NCBI GenBank assembly: GCA_023818745.1
Contig: JAMWBY010000001.1
Coordinates: 1-43,169, forward strand
DNA from: Candidatus Omnitrophota bacterium
Lineage (GTDB): Bacteria; Ratteibacteria; UBA8468; B48-G9; JAFGKM01
Length of the DNA: 43,169 nt
Direction of reading: 5' to 3'
Shown: in pieces, positions 35,085 through 43,169 of the stretch
How the letters are laid out: every line of letters starts with the position of its first letter
Numbering within the stretch: position 1 is the stretch's first letter
Notes under the pieces: generated by a model
The model's input: only the letters and a program-made list of their open reading frames with translations
Databases searched by the model: none
Told to the model about the DNA's origin: nothing
Position numbers and translations under genes: made by a program

Positions 35085-36353
35085 TTAACTTTCCTCCCTA
35101 ACTCTTTTTATTTTTGCTCCTAAAATACTTAATTTATTTTCAAGGTTTTCATATCCTCTATCAAGATGGTAAATTCTTGAAATTTCAGTAGTTCCTTCTG
35201 CAACAAGTCCTGCAAGAACTAAAGCAGCACTTGCTCTTAAATCAGAAGCCATAACCTTTGTTCCTCTTAATGAGTTTACTCCTTTTATTATCGCTTTTGA
35301 ACCATCAAGTGTAATATCAGCGCCAAGACGATTTAGTTCTCCAACATGAATAAATCTTTCTGGAAATACCTTTTCTGTTATTAAACTTATTCCATCTGCT
35401 AATGTTAAAAAACTCATCATTTGTGCCTGTAAATCAGTTGGAAAACCTGGAAATGGCAATGTTGTTATTTCAAGCGCTTTCCATCTTTCTTTTGGTATTG
35501 TTTCTACATATTCATCATTATAAGAGATTTCTAAACCTGCTTCTTCAAGTTTATCAAAAAGTGAAAGAAGATGTTGATAAATTACTCCTTTTATTTTAAT
35601 CTTACTTTTTGTCATATAACCAGCAAGAATATAAGTTCCTGCTTCAATTCTATCTGGAATTATATTATATTCAACACCTTTTAATTTTTTTACTCCCTCA
35701 ATTCTTATTAGATGAGAACCTTCACCATATATTCTCCCTCCCATTTTTTTCAAAAAATTTGCAAGAGCAACAATTTCTGGTTCGCATGAAGAAAATTCAA
35801 TAATTGTTTCCCCTTCTGCTAAAGTGGCTGCACACATAATGTTTGCAGTAGCTAAAACACTTGAACCAAAGTTTCCACCAAGAAAAATTATATTTCCTTT
35901 TATTTTATCAGCTTTACCAACTATATATCCTTCCTCATTTTCTATATTAATACCGAGTTTTTTAAATCCTTTAATATGTAAATCAATTGGTCTTGGTCCA
36001 ATTACACATCCACCAGGCATTGAAAATCTTGCTGTTTTATATTTTGCAAGAAGAGGTCCGAGTAAACATATAGACCCTCTCATTGTACTTACAAATTCAT
36101 AAGGGGCAGTAAATTGATATATACCTGAAGGATCTATTTCAAGAACACCATTTTTAAATTCTGTTTTTGCACCCATATAATTCAAAATTTTAATCATTGT
36201 TTGAACATCTTTTAAATTAGGAACATTATGAAGGATTGTTTTTCCTTCTCCCATTATACTTGCTGCGATAATTGGCAAAGCAGCGTTTTTAGAACCTGAT
36301 ATTTGGACTTCTCCTTCAAGTTTTTTCCCACCTTCAATAATAAACTTTTCCAT
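35085..36353 (-). CDS. murA: UDP-N-acetylglucosamine 1-carboxyvinyltransferase
   Basis: Full-length MurA pattern: ISGSKNAALP, the PGGCVIGPRPIDLH catalytic Cys loop, and FPTDLQAQ. Confidence 0.95.
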   Translation of the reverse strand: MEKFIIEGGKKLEGEVQISGSKNAALPIIAASIMGEGKTILHNVPNLKDVQTMIKILNYMGAKTEFKNGVLEIDPSGIYQFTAPYEFVSTMRGSICLLGPLLAKYKTARFSMPGGCVIGPRPIDLHIKGFKKLGINIENEEGYIVGKADKIKGNIIFLGGNFGSSVLATANIMCAATLAEGETIIEFSSCEPEIVALANFLKKMGGRIYGEGSHLIRIEGVKKLKGVEYNIIPDRIEAGTYILAGYMTKSKIKIKGVIYQHLLSLFDKLEEAGLEISYNDEYVETIPKERWKALEITTLPFPGFPTDLQAQMMSFLTLADGISLITEKVFPERFIHVGELNRLGADITLDGSKAIIKGVNSLRGTKVMASDLRASAALVLAGLVAEGTTEISRIYHLDRGYENLENKLSILGAKIKRVREES

Positions 36354-36387
36354 TTTGCTCCTTTTTATTTTAATATTTTACTATTTT

Positions 36388-37239
36388 TTAAATTTTTTTA
36401 AAGACCGCTATTCTGTTTATTCCTGAAAGGTCTTTTTCAAATCCTAAAAATTTTAAATCAGAAGGGAGAAATTCCTTTAATTTTTTAGATTGGTCATAAC
36501 CAATTTCTATAATTAAAAATCCACAATTCTTTAAAAATTTTGGACTTTCTTTTATTATTTTTTTTATTATTTTTAAACCATCTTTTCCTCCGTATATTGC
36601 CCTTTTAGGTTCTTTTTTTACTTCTTCATCCAATTTTTCATAATCTTTTTGATTAACATAAGGAGGGTTACTAACGATTATTTCAAATTTCTCATTAATA
36701 TTTGAAAAAATATCAGAATAAAAGAATTTGCTTCTTTTTTTTACCTTATTTAAAATAGCATTTTCTGTAGCAATTTTTAATGATTTTTTGGAAATATCAA
36801 CACCTTTAACAATTGATTTATTAATATTTTTAGCAAGAGATATAGCAATATTTCCACAACCTGTTCCTATATCAAGAATTTTTATTTTTCTTGGATAAAA
36901 ATTTTCCTGATATATCCTTATAGTTTTTTCAACAAGTAATTCTGTTTCTGGCCTTGGAATAAAAACACCCCTTTCTATTTTAAATTCACAATTATAAAAA
37001 CTAATTTTTTTTGTAAGATAAAAAACAGAAATTCCTTTTTTTCTTTTTTTAACCAATTTTAGAAATGTTTTGTAAATCCTTGGGGAAACTTCAATTTTTT
37101 CTGTATATAATTTGTATCTATCAACATTGAGAAGGTATGATAGTAAAATTTCTGTTTCAAATTGAGGATTTTCAATTCTGGAATTTTTCAGTAATCTTTT
37201 GCCCAATTTTATTAAATCTTCTACATTCACAGATAGCAA
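36388..37239 (-). CDS. prmC: Release-factor glutamine N5-methyltransferase
   Basis: SAM motif DIGTGCGNI and catalytic NPPY (IVSNPPYV). It lies in the prfA neighbourhood. Confidence 0.88.
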   Translation of the reverse strand: MLSVNVEDLIKLGKRLLKNSRIENPQFETEILLSYLLNVDRYKLYTEKIEVSPRIYKTFLKLVKKRKKGISVFYLTKKISFYNCEFKIERGVFIPRPETELLVEKTIRIYQENFYPRKIKILDIGTGCGNIAISLAKNINKSIVKGVDISKKSLKIATENAILNKVKKRSKFFYSDIFSNINEKFEIIVSNPPYVNQKDYEKLDEEVKKEPKRAIYGGKDGLKIIKKIIKESPKFLKNCGFLIIEIGYDQSKKLKEFLPSDLKFLGFEKDLSGINRIAVFKKI

Positions 37240-37242
37240 ATT

Positions 37243-38991
37243 TTATATTCCTGTCTTTGCTAAAACTTTTTTTGCAGTATTTTTTATTTGAGGATATTCG
37301 CTCTCTTCTGCAAGATATTCTATAAGTCCCTTTATTTCTTCATTCGGTTTATTTTTTATATATTCACCAAGAACCTCAACTATATCTTTTCTTATATTTA
37401 TTTCCTCTCCAAGATTTTCCTGTGGATAATTTCTTTTTAATCTGGAAACCATCGTATCTATATTTGTATATTCTCCAAGTTTGCCAAGTGCTATATAATA
37501 ATAAATAGATAACCCTGGAACTCCAAATTCCTTCCATCCTCTTTTTATCACCTGTAATGCTTCTTTATCTCTCATATCAGCAAGAAAATTTATAATCCTA
37601 ATGCTTAAAATTATTTCATTTCTTTCTTCATCAAGTTCGGTTTGAGAATAAGTTATTTGCTGTTGGGGTACACCGGATTGGTCCCAAATTTCTTCAGCAG
37701 ATGGCGTCCCCTTTATTACTAATTCGGAAGAACCAAGGTTAGAAATATCTATCTTCCTTTCTCTTAAAGCAAGCAAGGTTTCATATCTATTTTTTCTTTT
37801 TTCAAGTTCAGAAATTTCTCTATTTATTTTCTGTATTTCTTCTGTATTTTTTCTTACTTTTTCTTCCAAAGTTCTTTTTTCCTCATTAAGTTTTTGTCTT
37901 TCTCTTTCGGTTATTCGCTGTTGAAGTGCTCCTTCAGGAGTTTCTTCAATTCCAAGATTACTGTTTATTTCCTGCACTCTTGAATTCATTTTTTCGTTTT
38001 CACTATTTAATGTATCTCTTCTTTTAGTCAAATTTTCTATCTGTTGAGATATCTGCTGAAAATTCCTTTTTGCCTCTTCCCTTTCTTTTTCTCTTCTATC
38101 AACCATTCCTAATAAAATATTTCTCATTTCAGGAACAATCTTATCGGATTTAATATTTTCAATAGAATTAAAAGCGACAAGTTTAATTTCATATAGTTCT
38201 TTTTCATTTTTTATTATTTCTAATAAAATATCAACAACTTCAGGAGAGCTAACTTTTCCTAAAGCAAATATTAAATTTTTTCTAATTTCTTTATTTTTTT
38301 CCTTTTTTACAATATCAATAATATCTTTTATAACCTGTGAAATTTCATCAGAAGAATAAGTTGAAAGTAATACAGAAGAAGTTTTTCTTATATCTTCTGT
38401 CCCAAATTTTATTCTTTTAATCAGTTTATCAACAGGAATTTTTACTTCTTTTTTAACTTCTCCTGTTTCACCTGTTTCATTTGCTTGTTGTGATATCTCT
38501 TTTTCCTCTTTCTTTTTCTTTTCCTCTATCTCAATTTTTTCCCATTTTTTTGTTATTTCTATTTCTTTATTCATTATTTCAAGTTTTTCTTTTAATCCTT
38601 TTGCCAGTTTACCGTAATATGTTAAAGGAGAAATTTTTATAATTTTATCAAGAGATTCCAATGCTTCCTTGTTTTTATTTTGTGATATATATACATGAGC
38701 AAGTAAATAATAATATGCTTGATTTTGAGAATTTATTTCTATTGCTTTTTGTAAATTCGTAATTGCCTTCTCCATATCCCTAATTCTGAAATATGCTTCA
38801 CCAAGATAATAATAAATATCAGGATTTTCAGGTGCACTTCTTTTTGCCTCTTCTAATATTTTTATTGACTTTTCATAATAACCAGAATTTAAATATACTA
38901 CCCCTTCTTTTATCACATCTACCAATTCTCTGCCTGATAAAAAAGTGTTAGCAATACCTATCAATAAGAAAATTAAAAATTTATTTTTCAT
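37243..38991 (-). CDS. Secreted TPR / coiled-coil / HEAT-like repeat protein
   Basis: Signal peptide (FLIFLLIGIANTFLSG), TPR-like repeats in aa ~30-130, long charged coiled-coil stretches, and HEAT/PBS-lyase-like repeats (ALGKVSSPEVVDILLEII...). Confidence 0.6.
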   Translation of the reverse strand: MKNKFLIFLLIGIANTFLSGRELVDVIKEGVVYLNSGYYEKSIKILEEAKRSAPENPDIYYYLGEAYFRIRDMEKAITNLQKAIEINSQNQAYYYLLAHVYISQNKNKEALESLDKIIKISPLTYYGKLAKGLKEKLEIMNKEIEITKKWEKIEIEEKKKKEEKEISQQANETGETGEVKKEVKIPVDKLIKRIKFGTEDIRKTSSVLLSTYSSDEISQVIKDIIDIVKKEKNKEIRKNLIFALGKVSSPEVVDILLEIIKNEKELYEIKLVAFNSIENIKSDKIVPEMRNILLGMVDRREKEREEAKRNFQQISQQIENLTKRRDTLNSENEKMNSRVQEINSNLGIEETPEGALQQRITERERQKLNEEKRTLEEKVRKNTEEIQKINREISELEKRKNRYETLLALRERKIDISNLGSSELVIKGTPSAEEIWDQSGVPQQQITYSQTELDEERNEIILSIRIINFLADMRDKEALQVIKRGWKEFGVPGLSIYYYIALGKLGEYTNIDTMVSRLKRNYPQENLGEEINIRKDIVEVLGEYIKNKPNEEIKGLIEYLAEESEYPQIKNTAKKVLAKTGI

Positions 38992-39026
38992 TTTTACCCC
39001 TTTTAATATAATACCAAAAATATTCT

Positions 39027-40088
39027 TTAACTGTCAACTTTTTCATTTTTAATAATATTTCTTTTCAATTTTTCTATAAGTTCATCAATTTCTCCATCCA
39101 TAATTTTATCAAGATTATAAGTTGTATAGTTTATTCTATGGTCAGTAATACGATTTTGAGGAAAGTTATATGTTCTTATTTTTTCACTTCTATCACCTGT
39201 TTTTACAAATTTTTTCCTTTCTTCTTCTATTTTCTCCCTCTTTTCCTTCTCATAGTGATTTTGTAATCTTGCCCTTAATATTTTCATTGCTTTTTCTCTA
39301 TTTTTTATTTGTGACCTATCTTCTTGACAAGTTGCTGAGATTCCAGTGGGTAAATGTGTTATTCTAACCGCAGAAGATGTTTTATTTACATGCTGTCCCC
39401 CATGTCCGCTCGCTCTAAAAGTTTCTATTTTTAAATCTTCTGGATTTATTTTTACTTCGCTATCCTCCATTTCTGGGAAAATAGCAACTGTTGCTGCAGA
39501 GGTGTGAATTCTCCCATAACTTTCTGTCTTTGGAATTCTCTGGACTCTATGAACTCCACCTTCAAATTTTAAATTTCCATACGCAAATTTCCCTTTAACA
39601 ACAAAAATTATTTCTTTAAAACCACCCAATTCAGATGGATGAGAATTAAGAATTTCAATCTTATATCCCTTTTTTTCTGAGTATTTAGAGTACATTCTAA
39701 AAAGATCAGCAGCAAAAAGACACGCTTCTTCTCCACCTGTACCAGCACGGATTTCTATTATTGCATTCTTTTCATCTGTTATGTCAGGTGGATTTAAAAG
39801 TTGTATTATGTTTTCCTCAAGTTTCTCCTTTTCTTCTTTCAAGTGTTTTATTTCTTCTTTTGCGATTTCTTTTAAATCTATATCTTCACTTTTTAAAATT
39901 TCCTCATTCTCTTTGATTTTTTTTTCAATTTCTTCAAGTTGTTTTTTTAATCCTAAAATTTCTTCATAAAAACTAATTTTTTTTAAAACTTCTTTTAATT
40001 TCTCCTGGTCTTTTTTATTATTTTGAGAAAGATATTCAATACAAAATTTATAGTCCTTTTCTATATCGCGTAGTTTATCATTTACCAT
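39027..40088 (-). CDS. prfA: Peptide chain release factor 1
   Basis: [20 protein letters not shown] (GGQ motif) and an RF1-type tripeptide region, [16 protein letters not shown]. The ORF is uninterrupted. Confidence 0.93.
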   Translation of the reverse strand: MVNDKLRDIEKDYKFCIEYLSQNNKKDQEKLKEVLKKISFYEEILGLKKQLEEIEKKIKENEEILKSEDIDLKEIAKEEIKHLKEEKEKLEENIIQLLNPPDITDEKNAIIEIRAGTGGEEACLFAADLFRMYSKYSEKKGYKIEILNSHPSELGGFKEIIFVVKGKFAYGNLKFEGGVHRVQRIPKTESYGRIHTSAATVAIFPEMEDSEVKINPEDLKIETFRASGHGGQHVNKTSSAVRITHLPTGISATCQEDRSQIKNREKAMKILRARLQNHYEKEKREKIEEERKKFVKTGDRSEKIRTYNFPQNRITDHRINYTTYNLDKIMDGEIDELIEKLKRNIIKNEKVDS

Positions 40089-40275
40089 ATTTTTTCATAA
40101 ATTTTTCTACTCTCCCTGTGCTATCAACATATTTTTGTTTCCCTGTAAAATATGGATGGCATTTATTACAAATCTCAATTTTAATTTCTGCTTTTGTAGA
40201 CCTTGTGTGTACAATATTTCCACACGCACAAACAATTCTTGCTTCTTTGTATTCAGGATGTATTCCTTCTTTCAT
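40078..40275 (-). CDS. rpmE: 50S ribosomal protein L31
   Basis: MKEGIHPEY..., the CxC...[13 protein letters not shown] zinc ribbon, and a length of 65 aa. Confidence 0.95.
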   Translation of the reverse strand: MKEGIHPEYKEARIVCACGNIVHTRSTKAEIKIEICNKCHPYFTGKQKYVDSTGRVEKFMKKYGK

Positions 40276-40838
40276 TTTTCCTCCTCTTCTTTTATTTTTA
40301 TATCAAATTCTTTTAAATCATCCCTACTTATAGGCTTTTCTACAATTGTTATACCTTCTCCACTGAAATAATTAATAGGTTTCCCTTCTATTAAAAATCT
40401 TACTTTTTTTATCTCTGGAAATTGAGTTGCTGAACAGACAATCTGAGCAATTCTTGTTTCCATAGTTAAAGTTCCTCCTCCTTCTTCTACTTCTTTTGAA
40501 AAATCTAAATTAACCATATCTTCTTCTATTGTTACATTTAGAAGTTTTGTGTTTTCATTTAAAAATGTAGAAAATCCTTCTTTCTTCTCTTCTTCTGTAG
40601 GTCCTTTTAATAATTCTTTTATAGTCATTGCAATCTTATTCTTAAAATTTCTACAATAACCAATCTGTCTTTTTACAGGAAGTAAATATATTTGATTATC
40701 TTTCTGAGTTACAAAGAATACATAAACGCTTGTTTCTTTTAAAATTTTGCCTCTAATTTTTAAAAATCCCCAAAATAGTAAAAGAACCAAAAGAATAAAA
40801 CTTAAAATTATAAAAACAATATTTTCATTTTTTTTCAT
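40272..40838 (-). CDS. Membrane-anchored GerMN-domain protein
   Basis: N-terminal TM helix, then GerMN-like blocks (VYVFFV...[33 protein letters not shown]). Confidence 0.55.
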   Translation of the reverse strand: MKKNENIVFIILSFILLVLLLFWGFLKIRGKILKETSVYVFFVTQKDNQIYLLPVKRQIGYCRNFKNKIAMTIKELLKGPTEEEKKEGFSTFLNENTKLLNVTIEEDMVNLDFSKEVEEGGGTLTMETRIAQIVCSATQFPEIKKVRFLIEGKPINYFSGEGITIVEKPISRDDLKEFDIKIKEEEEK

Positions 40839-40887
40839 TTTTCCCTTTTTAAATGTTTTATTTTATCACTTTTAATTTTTTAGTCAA

Positions 40888-42234
40888 TTAGGCCTTTACA
40901 ACCTTGGACAGTTTCTCTTTATATACGTTTCTTGTATCCACAATTAAAGGAATACATTCATAAATTAATTTATAATCAACATTTGAATGGTCAGTAACTA
41001 TGATTGCAATGTCATATTCTTTAAGTTTTTCTGGAATAAAATCTATTGAAGAAATTTGTTTGTAATATTGCCTTGTTTTTTTAACCTCTTTTACATACGG
41101 GTCATAATAGTCAATTTTGCTCACATTCTTTTTTTCCAAAATTTTTATTATTTTGAAAGCAGGTGATTCTCTAATATCATCAACATCTTTTTTATAAGCA
41201 ATACCAACGATAAGAACTTTACACCCTTTTATTGCTTTTCCCTGTTGATTAAGAGCCTCAATGCATTTTTCAACAACATAATAAGGCATCATTGTATTTA
41301 TTTCGCCTGCAAGTTCAATAAACCGTGTAGTAAAATCGTATCTTTTGGCAATCCAGGTAAGATAAAAAGGGTCTATTGGAATACAATGTCCACCTAAACC
41401 TGGACCAGGATAAAATGCCTGAAATCCAAAAGGCTTTGTTTTTGATGCTTCTATAACTTCCCATATATCTATACCCATTTTATCAAAAAGCATTTTTAAT
41501 TCATTAACAAGTGCTATATTTACTGCTCTATATATGTTTTCAAGTAATTTTGTTGCTTCTGCTGTTTCTGTGGAAGAAACAGGAATTACTTTATCAACAA
41601 TTTGTGAATAAAGTTCAATACCAATTTTTTTACAAGATTCGGTAATTCCTCCAACCACTTTCGGTATTGTTTTTGTATTAAAGTTTGGATTTCCAGGGTC
41701 TTCTCTTTCAGGAGAGTAAATAAGAAAAAAGTCCTCTCCAACTTTTAAACCTGTTTTTTCAAATTTAGAAAGAAATACTTCTCTTGTTGTCCCTGGATAT
41801 GTAGTTGATTCAAGAGAAATTATATGCCCCTTTTTCAAATTTTCATAAATATCATCTGCTGTCTTAATAAGATAAGTTAAGTCAGGTTCTTTATAGGGTG
41901 TTAATGGAGTAGGAACACATATTATAATAGCATCTACCTCTTTTAATTGAAACATATCAGTAGTAGGTGTAAAATTGGTAAGTAATGACTTAATTTTTTC
42001 ATTTTTAATATAATGAATATAAGAAATCCCTTTTTTTAATTTTTCTACTTTTTCTTTATCAACATCAAATCCCTTTACTTTAAACCCACTTTCAACAAAT
42101 CTTATAGCTACTGGAAGTCCTACATATCCAAGTCCGATTATCCCTATTTTTATTTCTCTATTTTTTATCCGTTTAATTAAATTGCTTATTTCTGCCATTT
42201 TGGATAGTTTAAAGTTTTGTTTTTTTATTGTCAA
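40888..42234 (-). CDS. Nucleotide-sugar dehydrogenase (UDP-GlcNAc/ManNAc 6-dehydrogenase-like, UDPG_MGDP_dh family)
   Basis: IGIIGLGYVGLPVA Rossmann motif, AEATKLLEN, catalytic GLGGHCIPID and the C-terminal GIAYKKDVDDIRESP. The real start may be an internal Met, because the annotated one overlaps the helicase gene by 26 nt. Confidence 0.9.
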   Translation of the reverse strand: MTIKKQNFKLSKMAEISNLIKRIKNREIKIGIIGLGYVGLPVAIRFVESGFKVKGFDVDKEKVEKLKKGISYIHYIKNEKIKSLLTNFTPTTDMFQLKEVDAIIICVPTPLTPYKEPDLTYLIKTADDIYENLKKGHIISLESTTYPGTTREVFLSKFEKTGLKVGEDFFLIYSPEREDPGNPNFNTKTIPKVVGGITESCKKIGIELYSQIVDKVIPVSSTETAEATKLLENIYRAVNIALVNELKMLFDKMGIDIWEVIEASKTKPFGFQAFYPGPGLGGHCIPIDPFYLTWIAKRYDFTTRFIELAGEINTMMPYYVVEKCIEALNQQGKAIKGCKVLIVGIAYKKDVDDIRESPAFKIIKILEKKNVSKIDYYDPYVKEVKKTRQYYKQISSIDFIPEKLKEYDIAIIVTDHSNVDYKLIYECIPLIVDTRNVYKEKLSKVVKA

Positions 42235-43169
42235 TTTTTATTATCTTACACTTGGAAAGATTAACTATATAACATTCTACTTTATTTTTGAATATCTTTT
42301 CCACTCCATTTTTATATATTTCAAGTTGTTTTTTATAATCCTCTAAATTTTCTAAATAAGTTTTAAACTCGTATATTCTAATCTTTTCTTTTTCTATAAA
42401 CATTTTATCAATTACTCCTTCATAAACAACCCCATCTATTTCACATATAAATGGATATTCAATTTTGACTTTTTCAGAAACAGGACTTTCAATTATTTTC
42501 TTTATTTCTTCATTTTTTTGTATTTGTTCAAATAAACTTATAATCTTATCTTTGTAAATCTCTGCTTGATATTTGTAAAGATAAAATTCAGTTCTTTTTT
42601 TAATTTTTTCTATATTAAACTCAATGTTTCCATTTCCTATTTCATATATGATTTTATGAACAATCGTGCCTATTAATGTATCTAAATAAGTTTTCTTGAT
42701 TTCTTTTTTTTCTTTTGTAAATGAAAGGAAAGGTGTAAATTTGCTCAAAATTTTCTCTCCTTTCTCTTTTATTTCTTGCTGCGGAAGTGGTTGTCCTTTT
42801 TCAAAGATACCCTTATACTTTTCTCTAAATTTATTCAACATTTTTATTATTGGAGTATCTTTGTTAATCCCTGAAATAAATAAAAATTGTCTTGCCCTTG
42901 TTAAAGCAACATATAAAATTCTTTTTTCTTCTTCTAAAAGTTGTTTTTTAAAATAATCCTGAAAATCTTTATCACTTTCTTTTTTTAGAATATAAACATA
43001 ACCACTTTCTTCTTTTTTGTAGAAAAAAATGTCATTTTTCCCACTTTTAGAATTTATATCTTCAATATTCAATAAGAAAACAACAGGTGCTTCAAGTCCC
43101 TTGGCTCTGTGAATTGTCATAATTTTTACTGCATTTTGATCAATAGAAAAAATGTCTGCTTTGGGTTCT
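42209..43169 (-). CDS. UvrD/AddA-like helicase C-terminal part with a PD-(D/E)XK nuclease tail. The 5-prime end lies outside the window.
   Basis: The frame stays open to the window edge (…AVKIMTIHRAKGLEAPVVFL, helicase motif VI-like; LYVALTRAR). The C-terminal GVIDKMF...RIYEFKT fits a D...ExK nuclease motif. Confidence 0.75.
   Translation of the reverse strand, partial: EPKADIFSIDQNAVKIMTIHRAKGLEAPVVFLLNIEDINSKSGKNDIFFYKKEESGYVYILKKESDKDFQDYFKKQLLEEEKRILYVALTRARQFLFISGINKDTPIIKMLNKFREKYKGIFEKGQPLPQQEIKEKGEKILSKFTPFLSFTKEKKEIKKTYLDTLIGTIVHKIIYEIGNGNIEFNIEKIKKRTEFYLYKYQAEIYKDKIISLFEQIQKNEEIKKIIESPVSEKVKIEYPFICEIDGVVYEGVIDKMFIEKEKIRIYEFKTYLENLEDYKKQLEIYKNGVEKIFKNKVECYIVNLSKCKIIKIDNKKTKL

Noticed and set aside
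39027-40088. Programmed +1 frameshift of a release factor gene
   Set aside because: The gene is RF1-type (PKT tripeptide region, adjacent to rpmE and prmC) and is a single uninterrupted ORF. The prfB-type frameshift does not apply.
1-43169. A search for CRISPR arrays, transposases, integrases, phage genes or long terminal/inverted repeats
   Set aside because: I saw no regularly spaced direct repeats and no ORF with recombinase or transposase motifs. The only exact DNA repeat noted is the 17-bp duplication at 29198..29231, so I make no mobile-element or CRISPR call.
1-43169. Alternative genetic code (UGA recoding, as in some candidate phyla)
   Set aside because: TGA is used as a genuine stop at well-defined gene ends (for example LacI at 5661..5663 and the 710-aa gene at 8455..8457), each with the next gene starting in an overlap. 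All conserved genes are full length under the standard code.

Overview
The window is a strongly AT-rich bacterial chromosomal segment. It uses the standard code: TGA, TAA and TAG all act as stops, and the long ORFs are intact. I saw no rRNA, CRISPR array, transposase or integrase. The source is probably an uncultivated PVC-group or Omnitrophota-like bacterium. This is an inference from a DUF1559/H-X9-DG prepilin-type protein, a DapL-type lysine pathway and the AT richness.

The left ~27 kb is a carbohydrate-oriented accessory region:
- A frameshifted xylose-isomerase-family gene followed by gnd.
- A LacI-headed operon encoding a pseudopilin-like protein plus secreted glycan-binding or hydrolase-like proteins.
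- An operon encoding a GH-like protein, a TIM-barrel epimerase and a RACo-like ASKHA protein.
- A PfkB-family sugar kinase.
- A tightly packed five-gene minus-strand operon: radical SAM/SPASM, SDR, galactokinase-like GHMP kinase, a 2219-aa giant protein and a small ATP-grasp protein.

The giant protein carries a nucleotide-sugar-dehydrogenase-like block (GGFCVPKE) and a C-terminal ATP-grasp module. It is my best candidate for an undescribed system.

A Zur/Fur-type metal-uptake locus lies at 27.1-30.5 kb. It has a perfect 31-bp palindromic operator and a possible small CU-rich RNA.

The right ~13 kb is one long co-directional housekeeping array on the minus strand:
- helicase-nuclease (partial)
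- nucleotide-sugar dehydrogenase
- GerMN protein
- rpmE
- prfA
- TPR/HEAT protein
- prmC
- murA
- dapB
- dapL
- degenerate PurE-like protein
- LacD-type aldolase
- pfkA
- tRNA-Cys

All calls come from reading the translated ORFs and the DNA by eye. No database searches were run.
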